A stretch of 64,000 nt of DNA from Akkermansiaceae bacterium (GTDB lineage Bacteria; Verrucomicrobiota; Verrucomicrobiia; Verrucomicrobiales; Akkermansiaceae). The stretch covers positions 96,001 through 160,000 of the forward strand of contig JBPOGF010000003.1 in assembly GCA_051251915.1 (NCBI GenBank), written 5' to 3'. Below are positions 40,466-47,432 of this stretch, piece by piece. A program made the position numbers and the translations under genes. The notes beneath the pieces were generated by a model. The model was not told where the DNA came from, made no database searches, and saw nothing but the letters and a program-made list of their open reading frames with translations. The number at the start of each line of letters is the position of its first letter. Position 1 is the stretch's first letter.

Positions 40466-40788
40466 CCATTACGATGAAACCTGAATAGGAGTATTTTAAA
40501 TGAGAGAATAGCGCCGAATTAGGCTGAACAAATATGGCGTACTAGTTCGTGTTTGCCTGGCTTGGTTGCACTGAGTAGGTGGGAGATGATTCTTGGTTGT
40601 TGAGGAGTGCTAGTTTTCGTTGGGGTAGATTTGATGATGAACAGTGTCTTGATGTTGTAGATTATAAGCAAGTTATGAATGAGTGATGTGTTTCGTGAAA
40701 ATATCAGAAATGAAATGAATCCCCAATATAAACAAATGCTGGATAAAATTAACTTGTCTGAAAAGTGGATGACCACTACAAATCAATC

Positions 40789-40888
40789 ACTTAACATAAT
40801 ATTACTATGAATACAAAATCACCTCACTTCCTAATCTCAATCACCCAGCTGAATATCAGCTAGTGCCATACTAATAACACTGTTAGCC
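40789..40888 (+). mobile_element. Integron attC site A
   Basis: ACTTAAC, then ATTACTATG ... CATACTAAT arms, then GTTAGCC 10 nt before the next ATG. Confidence 0.6.
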
Positions 40889-40898
40889 TAAAAAATAT

Positions 40899-41486
40899 AT
40901 GAGTCGCCCAGCAACTCCCAAACAAATTGCCTACTTTAACTACATGGGCGTCAAAAAAGCTCATAGAATGTCGTTTGACGAAGCATCAGCTCTATTCGAC
41001 AAGCTGCTGGAAGCCGATGACAAGCTATTATCATCAATGGGATTCAAGTCATATGAAGCATTTCATGACAGAAAGAGCCAGTGGTTTACTGAACGATTTA
41101 TTCTGCATCCTGCTCTCTACGCGGATGAGATCCAGAATATGCTCGATTATGAGCTTCCTGATCTTCTGCATACTTATGCAAGAGGCCAAGTAGTTGGGGC
41201 ATCAGAAAGATTAACAAAGCCAAAAATTAAGAAGGTTATCGATAGTTTACTGGGGGAGTCAGAGCAATGGTGGCAATCCAAAAATAGAAACCAAATATTT
41301 TTTCAACGACTTTCTGAGTTATATCCAGATTGCGTGGATGGCCGAGCCCCGGATAAGCGCAAGCCCAAGAAGAACAATAAACAAAAATCGAAGGATCAAT
41401 CTAAGAAATCTAGTTGTGGTTGTCTAGTAATCATCATTCTCATTATCCTAGTCGCACTATACGCATACAGCCGCATACAAGGCTAA
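40899..41486 (+). CDS. Cassette-encoded hypothetical protein with a Lys-rich linker and C-terminal TM helix
   Basis: 195 aa; begins after GTTAGCC and its stop lies within the complementary GGCTAAC; N-terminal ATPKQ..Y...EAS motif. Confidence 0.85.
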   Translation: MSRPATPKQIAYFNYMGVKKAHRMSFDEASALFDKLLEADDKLLSSMGFKSYEAFHDRKSQWFTERFILHPALYADEIQNMLDYELPDLLHTYARGQVVGASERLTKPKIKKVIDSLLGESEQWWQSKNRNQIFFQRLSELYPDCVDGRAPDKRKPKKNNKQKSKDQSKKSSCGCLVIIILIILVALYAYSRIQG

Positions 41487-41542
41487 CCCCAAAGATAGCT
41501 TCTCATCGGAGCGATAGCGGAGCATGAGAGTTATCGGTTGTT
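41481..41542 (+). mobile_element. Integron attC site B, interrupted after GTT by an intron remnant
   Basis: GGCTAAC-CCCAAA-GATAGC-T-TCTCAT-loop-ATGAGA-GTTATC-GGTT-GTT. Confidence 0.75.
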
Positions 41543-41964
41543 GTCCCGTATAGCTTCGCACGTGATGACACGAGTCTAGGGTAGCGGGCTCTGGGTGGTG
41601 GTTAGTTATGCGGTTTTGATTTTGTTTTCTGCCTTAGTGGGTTGTTGCACCAGTGGGTGTTCTTAGGGGCGTTTGATGCCATACGAAGGTGCCGATTACC
41701 GAGCGGCGGGGCTGTTCGGTAATCAAATCGAGGCCTAATGGGATGGAGTGTGATTAATGATGATACTGTGGCTTTCATTGTGGCGGGTGGGTCAAAATAT
41801 GTAAAACAAGTAGCCTCCCACTTAGTTCTACAATGGTGGGGGCAACAGCTACACACTGAAATGAGTCTTGTCGCCCAGTAAGTCACCAGAGGCGCCTTGT
41901 GCGGGAAAACTGCACGTAGGGATCTGCGAGGGGGAGGTCATGCAACTGACGTTCCTAGCTCAAT
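41543..41964 (+). mobile_element. Internally deleted group II intron remnant 1
   Basis: D5 GCGCCTTGTGCGGGAAAACTGCACGTAGGGATC and D6 ending CCTAGCTCAAT; 14-bp hairpin at 41694-41724; 5' end GTCCCG is degenerate and its position is inferred. Confidence 0.75.
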
Positions 41965-41984
41965 CGCTAAAAAAGGCCTCGCTT

Positions 41985-42006
41985 TGTAGCCGAATAGAGC
42001 TACATT
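41985..42006 (+). promoter_or_regulatory. Toxin-antitoxin operator palindrome and -10 box
   Basis: TGTAGC-N8-GCTACA overlapping TACATT, 6 nt before the antitoxin ATG. Confidence 0.65.
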
Positions 42007-42012
42007 GTGCAT

Positions 42013-42243
42013 ATGAGTGATACAGTAGTAAGAGCACGTGTAGATCCTCGCTTAAAGACAGATGCAGAAGCTGTTTTTCAAGAGTTGGGATTAAGCACCA
42101 CAGAAGCCATAAGAATGTTCCTGTCACAGGTTCGATTAAGACGTGGTTTACCATTTCCCGTTACATTACCCACCGATAATGACGATCTTTTAGTGAGTGG
42201 TTCCATGCGTCAGTCAGCCCTTGATTCAGTGTTCGATGACTAA
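42013..42243 (+). CDS. RelB/DinJ family antitoxin
   Basis: VVRARVDPRLKTDAEAVFQELGLSTTEAIRMFLSQV...GLPFPV. Confidence 0.93.
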   Translation: MSDTVVRARVDPRLKTDAEAVFQELGLSTTEAIRMFLSQVRLRRGLPFPVTLPTDNDDLLVSGSMRQSALDSVFDD

Positions 42244-42553
42244 GCCTGGAGAGGTATACCGAGTTGATCTTGGTCTTGGCGGTAAGGTGCGGATGATGAT
42301 GGTCGTTTCACGATATGATGTATCTGCACCTAGAGCACTTTCATTATGCGTTCCGATTACTTCAGCGTATCGTGAGTCTGATTATGAAGTTGCCTTGCCC
42401 ACAATGCCGTTTCTGACGATGAAGAGTTTCGCTAATGTACAAGGCTTGCAGGCTATCCAAGATCATGAGTTACAAGATAAGGTGGGGCTATTTTACGGTG
42501 TGGTTCTCGATGATGTGAAAGCAGCTCTACGTTACGCTTTAGATCTAAAATAA
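42236..42553 (+). CDS. PemK/MazF family toxin
   Basis: KPGEVYRVDL..GKVR..VVS...VPITS; ATG 42236 overlaps the antitoxin end. Confidence 0.88.
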   Translation: MTKPGEVYRVDLGLGGKVRMMMVVSRYDVSAPRALSLCVPITSAYRESDYEVALPTMPFLTMKSFANVQGLQAIQDHELQDKVGLFYGVVLDDVKAALRYALDLK

Positions 42554-42564
42554 CAAGACAGTGA
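42548..42564 (+). mobile_element. Left end of a truncated attC site after the toxin gene
   Basis: Toxin stop lies within AAATAAC, followed by AAGAC-AGTGA; no right arm found. Confidence 0.45.
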
Positions 42565-42634
42565 ATCGGGTAGGTGAGGGATTTTAACTCTCTCCCCCGT
42601 ACCACCTGCCATATGGTTTTGCCTACGGGCTCTG
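42565..42634 (-). mobile_element. Degenerate group II intron 3' end (D5/D6), remnant 3, opposite orientation
   Basis: Minus strand ...GGCAAAACCATATGGCAGGTGGTACGGGGGAGAGAGTTAAAATCCCTCACCTACCCGAT, with the typical CCTACCCGAT terminus. Confidence 0.6.
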
Positions 42635-42756
42635 CGGATAGACTTTGTATTGAGAAGAGCGGTGTAGCGCGGCGGTTAGCATGTATCATACATACTTCCT
42701 CTTAGGTTGTTTTAGTAATTTATTGAGGGTAGTGAGCATTTACTCATTGGGCTTCT

Positions 42757-43108
42757 ATGCTTCGGAGTTCTTGGTCATCGCGTTTCTTACGATTTCTATG
42801 TTGCAGATCCGCCAAGTTTCTTAGCGACTGGCTCGTGGCCAGCTTCTTGAGCCATTGGTTTGGAGATTGGCAACTACCCCAGCCTGCGAAAATGCAATGG
42901 CAAGCACAACAGCTACAAACTGAAATGAGTCTTGCCAGCCAGTAAGTCACAAGAGTATCTTATACAAGAAGTCCGAATACATGAAACATAAGAACACATC
43001 AGAAGCTGAGCAACTGGACTGCGCGTTCACCAGAGGAGCCTTATGCGGGAAAACCGCATGTAGGGATCTGCGAGAGAGGCGTCAGGCAACTGACGTACCT
43101 AACTTAAT
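42757..43108 (+). mobile_element. Group II intron remnant 2 (maturase C-terminal fragment plus D5/D6)
   Basis: RFLCCRSAK...W...F..W.LPQP resembles a maturase C-terminus; D5 GAGCCTTATGCGGGAAAACCGCATGTAGGGATC; D6 ending CCTAACTTAAT; 42895-42950 is homologous to 41831-41886. Confidence 0.8.
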
Positions 43109-43119
43109 CTGCCCAAAAT

Positions 43120-43515
43120 ATGCAATTTGACATTAAAGTACCACCAGCTGGAGAAGCTGTCAAAAATTGCCGTCTGGTGAAGTGGCACAAGGAACACAGG
43201 GCACTGGTGAAAGCAGGAGAATGTATCGCGACTTTAGAAACCGATAAGATTTCCTGGGACTTGGAAGCTGAATACTCAGGTGTTCTCCTGCACGAGGCCG
43301 ATGAAGGCTTAGAACTTAATGTAGGCCAAGTTTTCGGAACGATTGATGAAGATGGAGTGTCTATCAGTGATCTCAACAAGGTTCCATTCATGCATAGGAA
43401 GGCTGATGACTCCAATGGTTTCATCTCAATGATTCCTAGCATTATCCTGTCGATGGCGAAGATGTTTCTAATTATTCTTGGTCTTATGCATTTATACAAA
43501 ATCTTAATCTCATGA
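43120..43515 (+). CDS. Cassette-encoded lipoyl domain protein with a C-terminal membrane anchor
   Basis: VPPAGEAV...KWHK...LETDKIS..LEAEYSG lipoyl domain, then a hydrophobic tail. Confidence 0.85.
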   Translation: MQFDIKVPPAGEAVKNCRLVKWHKEHRALVKAGECIATLETDKISWDLEAEYSGVLLHEADEGLELNVGQVFGTIDEDGVSISDLNKVPFMHRKADDSNGFISMIPSIILSMAKMFLIILGLMHLYKILIS

Positions 43516-43539
43516 CACAGCGAACTTGAGAATTATCTA

Positions 43540-43669
43540 GCCGAACAAGTGGAGACACAGCAATTCCTATCAGCCGTTCTGCTTACATGTTACCCTATAA
43601 TTTCAGCCTTAACCCCGTGATCGACGCTCGTCCCCGCTGCTAGGGGGTGCGAGCTCTATGACGATGTGC
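43540..43669 (+). mobile_element. Integron attC site C (long type; right core mutated to GAT)
   Basis: GCCGAAC; arms GCAATTCCTATCAGC (43560-43574) and GCTGCTAGGGGGTGC (43636-43650); ends GATGTGC. Confidence 0.7.
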
Positions 43670-43686
43670 TAAAATAGACCTCTAAA

Positions 43687-43790
43687 ATGAATCCAGACAC
43701 ATGGAACAAACTTACACCGAATTAGAAATCGGCTGTGCGATCACTATCACCTCAGTTTATCAAAGCTGTTCAGTCATCGAGTGCTCGTGA
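43687..43790 (+). pseudogene. Truncated cassette gene remnant
   Basis: MNPDTWNKLTPN*KSAVRSLSPQFIKAVQSS directly after attC C; internal stop, then abrupt return to G/T-rich DNA. Confidence 0.4.
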
Positions 43791-43922
43791 TGGTTTTTAT
43801 GGGGGGGCTTTTTATGGGGCTTTTGAGAGGTGAGTTTACTGTGGGTTTATGGCTATTGTAATGTATAACTCGATGTTGTGGTTTAGTTCTTGTGGGTGAG
43901 GGGTGAAGTTTGGTGAAGTGTA

Positions 43923-44345
43923 GTGGTTATGTTTAAGAGTGCTTATGAAGAAGTTGGGGGGATGGTTTATTTCGCGAGGATGGTGGAGAAGATACGGATG
44001 CATGCGAGGGGGGAGCTTCCGGAGGAGTATGTGGGTTATTTGGGGGGTGGGTTTGATGGGCGTTGTGTGGAGTTTCTGGGGGTGAGTTATGAGGATGTTC
44101 GGAAGTTGGTTTTAGATGGGGAAACTGATGATGTTGTATTGGAATGGTGTGAGAGAAATGGGATGTCTAGGTCTGGTGAAGAGAAATTGGTATGGAATGA
44201 GTTTATGATGAAGAGGGGGTGGAGGGATAGTGGTTCTTCTGCTGGTAGCTTTCAGCAATACAAGGATAAGTATGGTTTGGGAGAGCGGGGAGATATCAAA
44301 ACGTATTTTGATTTTTTTGAGGTTGATGAGGGGAGGTCAACGTAG
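43923..44345 (+). CDS. DUF5069 domain protein
   Basis: GGMVYFARMVEKIR...GELP..Y, FDGRC..FLGV, FD..E.DEGR. Confidence 0.85.
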   Translation: MVMFKSAYEEVGGMVYFARMVEKIRMHARGELPEEYVGYLGGGFDGRCVEFLGVSYEDVRKLVLDGETDDVVLEWCERNGMSRSGEEKLVWNEFMMKRGWRDSGSSAGSFQQYKDKYGLGERGDIKTYFDFFEVDEGRST

Positions 44346-44356
44346 ACAATCAACAA

Positions 44357-44713
44357 GTGATGGTATCAATTAAACAATTTTTTCACTGGAAGGGGGCCTT
44401 TTCCCAAGGCGAATTATTCCTAACTATTGTGGGCGGTTATTTTTTGATCTTAGGGATCGGGTTCATGCAAGATTATGTGAAGGAGTATTCTTGGGCGGAA
44501 GACTTAGGGTTACTGATGTTTCCTATCATCCTCTTCTATGGTGTGGCTGTGGGGAAGAGGTTTAGAGATACAGGTTCATCTGCTTGGTATGGGATAGCAG
44601 GGGTGTTAATACCTATTATTGGTTTTGCTATGTTATTTATTCCAGGAGAGAAATCTAAGCCTAAAAAAAGTGATGCAGCTTTAAGGGGTAGTGGGGCAGA
44701 TGAGGAGGCTTAA
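44357..44713 (+). CDS. DUF805-like small membrane protein
   Basis: F.WKG..S..E, TM helices, VGKRFRDTG.S.W, PG motif. Confidence 0.7.
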   Translation: MMVSIKQFFHWKGAFSQGELFLTIVGGYFLILGIGFMQDYVKEYSWAEDLGLLMFPIILFYGVAVGKRFRDTGSSAWYGIAGVLIPIIGFAMLFIPGEKSKPKKSDAALRGSGADEEA

Positions 44714-44756
44714 ATCATGTGGGATCCAGGTTGTGAAGTCCTTGGGATTTCTCGGA

Positions 44757-45311
44757 TTATGAGGTGGAGAGTTGTTTGATGATGCGGGCGGGGGTGCCGG
44801 CTGCTATGACGTCGGGGGGGATGTCTTTGGTGACTACGCTGCCGGCTCCGATGATGGATCTGTCGCCGATGGTGATGCCTGGGTTGATGATGGCGGCGCC
44901 GCCGATCCAGACGTCTGCGCCGATGGTGATGGGTTTTGCGGATTCGATTCCGGTGCGGCGTTCGGCTGCGTCTATGGGGTGGGTGGCGGTGTAGATCTGG
45001 ACTGAGGGGCCGATGAGGGTGTTGTCTCCGATGGTGACTTTGGCGACGTCTAGGATGACGCAGTTGAAGTTGAGGAAGACGTTATTTCCTAGGGTGATGT
45101 TGGTGCCGTAGTCGCAGTGGAATGGGGGTTGGATGCTGGCGTTGGTGGGGTAGCCGAGGAGCTGGTGGAGGAGGTCTGCGCGGTCTTGGTCGCCGAAGGT
45201 TTGGTTTAGCTGGTGGCAGAGGGTTTGGCAGTGAAAGCGGTCTTGGGTGAGTTCTGGGTCGTGGGCGTGGTAGGGCTCGCCGGCTAGCATTTTTTCTTTT
45301 TCGGATGTCAT
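44757..45311 (-). CDS. maa: Sugar (maltose) O-acetyltransferase
   Basis: EKEKMLAGE, PPFHCDYG, hexapeptide repeats, WIGG. Confidence 0.9.
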   Translation of the reverse strand: MTSEKEKMLAGEPYHAHDPELTQDRFHCQTLCHQLNQTFGDQDRADLLHQLLGYPTNASIQPPFHCDYGTNITLGNNVFLNFNCVILDVAKVTIGDNTLIGPSVQIYTATHPIDAAERRTGIESAKPITIGADVWIGGAAIINPGITIGDRSIIGAGSVVTKDIPPDVIAAGTPARIIKQLSTS

Positions 45312-45358
45312 GTTAGCGGTTGGGTTGGGGTGGGGTTGGAGTTTGTGTTGGGTGATTT

Positions 45359-46105
45359 TTAGACGCCTCGTTTGGAGCCCCAGAGCTGGATGTGGAGGCG
45401 GTCTGAGAAGCGGTAGCCTTGGTCGCGGCAGATGTCTGCTAGCCAGAGGCGTTTTTGCTGGAGGGCGGCTTCTGTGCGGCCTTCTGGCATGAGGAGGATT
45501 TTGGATTTGGGGAGGTGGTAGGTTTGCTCAAGGTGCTGGACTTCTGCGAGGTCTGTCTGGGTCTGGATGACGAATTTGAACCAGGCGTTGGATTTGTTGG
45601 CGAAGTAGCGGAGGGCGTCGGGGTTGATTCTGAGTTTTTCGTCGTTGCCGCTGTTGGAGAGTTTAGCGGAGACGTTCCATTGGTCTACGGCGGTGTCCAT
45701 GAAGTCGGTAGGGATCTGGGTGCCGTTGGTCTCGATCTCGAATCTGTAGTAGGGGTCTTGGGAGCTGAGGATCTGGATGAGCTCAGTCCAGGCGGGCTGT
45801 TGGAGGAGGGGTTCGCCGCCGGTGAGGATGACGTTTTTGCATGGGTAGCTGGCGACGAGGTCTGCGACTTCTTGGGTGTCTAGGGTGGTGATGTATTCTT
45901 GTTTAGAATATTTCTTGCCGGTCTCGTGGTGCCAGGGGGTGCCTTCCCAGTTCCAGGTGTAGTCGGTATCGCACCAAGAGCAGTGGAGGTTGCAGAGGGA
46001 TGAGCGGATGAAGATGGAGGGGACGCCCATGCTGACGCCCTCGCCCTGGAGGGTGTGGAAGATCTCTGGGCGGTCGTTTAGCTTGGCTAGTTTTAGTGAT
46101 GCCAT
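45359..46105 (-). CDS. queE: 7-carboxy-7-deazaguanine synthase (radical SAM)
   Basis: EIFHTLQGEG, CNLHCSWCDT, TGGEP, IETNG, RLHI. Confidence 0.9.
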   Translation of the reverse strand: MASLKLAKLNDRPEIFHTLQGEGVSMGVPSIFIRSSLCNLHCSWCDTDYTWNWEGTPWHHETGKKYSKQEYITTLDTQEVADLVASYPCKNVILTGGEPLLQQPAWTELIQILSSQDPYYRFEIETNGTQIPTDFMDTAVDQWNVSAKLSNSGNDEKLRINPDALRYFANKSNAWFKFVIQTQTDLAEVQHLEQTYHLPKSKILLMPEGRTEAALQQKRLWLADICRDQGYRFSDRLHIQLWGSKRGV

Positions 46106-46148
46106 GGAGGGGACGACCGGGTTGTAGTGAGATCTGGGGATCTGGAGT

Positions 46149-47330
46149 TTATGAATTTTTAGCGAGTCCAGCTACTGCAGGAAGGGTGCAGACACCGATG
46201 ATGCCGATGACCCAGAAGATGGTGCTACCTGAGCTGTTGCTCTTGGCTGGCTTGTAGCCTTCTAGTTCTGTAGGGCCATCTAGGCCGACAGTGGCTACTA
46301 CGGGAGTTTCTAGGTCTTGAGCGGTGATGGCTGTGGGAGCAGGGCCGGCTGCGGCTCTGATTTCTTTGACCATGTCTGGGGTGACGGCGGCTGCGCTGTT
46401 GCCCATGTTGGAGCGGACGTAGGTGAGGACGTGTGCGATGTCTTCGTCGCTCATGGCTGCGTTAGGTGGCATCATTCCGTTGTACATTTGGCCTTTGACT
46501 TCGATGGGGCCTTGGAGTCCGTGGATCTGGATTTTGATGAGGTTAGCTGCTGGTCCGTTTACCCATTCTGATCCGGCTAGTGGGGGGAATGTGTTAGGGA
46601 TGCCGTCACCGGTGGGGCCGTGGCATGCGATGCACTTGGCTTGGTAGATGGCTTGTCCAGGGTGTGCGCCGCCAGTTCCAGTTGTAGCTGCTGCGTCTGG
46701 AGTGGGTGCTGGGGCAGGCTCTGGAGTTGGAGTTGGTTCTGGAGCGGGTTTAGGTTCTGTTGCTGGGGTAGCTTCGGCTTCGGGTTTAACTTCGGGTTTA
46801 GCTTCTTCAGCTGGTGCTTCTTTTGCTGCGGCAGCTGGGTCGATGAGGTCTTTTACGGTGAGCATGGCTGTGTTGCCTGCTTCTTTTGCGCGGATTGTTT
46901 TGACGGTTTCAGCGGTGATTGCTGGTGCGTTGTTGCCCAAGTTTGAGCGGACGTATGTGAGGACGTCTGCGATTTCTTGGTCCGTCATGGTTGCGTTTGG
47001 TGGCATGGCGCTGTTGAATGCGTTCCCTTTGACGGTGATGGGTCCGCTGAGTCCACGGAGTTGGATTCTGACGAGGTTTTCTGCTGGGCCGTTGACCCAT
47101 TCTGATCCTGCGACTGGTGGGAATACATTAGGGATGCCGTCACCGGTGGGTCCGTGGCATGCGATGCATTTGGTTTTGTAGAGTGCTTCACCAGGGTGTG
47201 CGTCTTGGGCATTTGCGGTAGAAAATGCAGTGCCTGCTGAGATGGCGGCAATGGCGGTGATCTTGGCGAAATAGTTAGCCATGGAGGGGAAAGAAAATGC
47301 AGTTCTTGTGGATTTGGTGAGTGTCTTCAT
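46149..47330 (-). CDS. Di-heme cytochrome c with two duplicated domains and a C-terminal membrane anchor
   Basis: Two CIACHGPTGDGIPNxFPPxAGSEWVNGP...MPP domains joined by a P/E/A linker. Confidence 0.92.
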   Translation of the reverse strand: MKTLTKSTRTAFSFPSMANYFAKITAIAAISAGTAFSTANAQDAHPGEALYKTKCIACHGPTGDGIPNVFPPVAGSEWVNGPAENLVRIQLRGLSGPITVKGNAFNSAMPPNATMTDQEIADVLTYVRSNLGNNAPAITAETVKTIRAKEAGNTAMLTVKDLIDPAAAAKEAPAEEAKPEVKPEAEATPATEPKPAPEPTPTPEPAPAPTPDAAATTGTGGAHPGQAIYQAKCIACHGPTGDGIPNTFPPLAGSEWVNGPAANLIKIQIHGLQGPIEVKGQMYNGMMPPNAAMSDEDIAHVLTYVRSNMGNSAAAVTPDMVKEIRAAAGPAPTAITAQDLETPVVATVGLDGPTELEGYKPAKSNSSGSTIFWVIGIIGVCTLPAVAGLAKNS

Positions 47331-47432
47331 CGTGATCGTTCGTTAATATGCTAAAACCTTTACGATAAATGGAATGAATTTACAGCCATATTTTAGTTTA
47401 TTTTGTCGATACTGGGTTTTATTTTGAAATTG

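Noticed and set aside
40523..40551. Additional attC (GCTGAAC…GTTCGTG)
   Set aside because: Too short and without paired arms; at most a deleted relic.
41602..42950. Paralogous minus-strand ORFs starting MTYW (41602-41886 and 42744-42950)
   Set aside because: Their similarity comes from the duplicated intron sequence read antisense.
40420..43900. Integron integrase, intact intron reverse transcriptase or transposase
   Set aside because: No tyrosine recombinase, YADD or DDE motifs recognised in the ORFs of this region.
46660..46840. Repetitive DNA in the cytochrome gene (and similar tracts in sucB)
   Set aside because: Ordinary Pro/Ala/Glu/Thr linker coding sequence.
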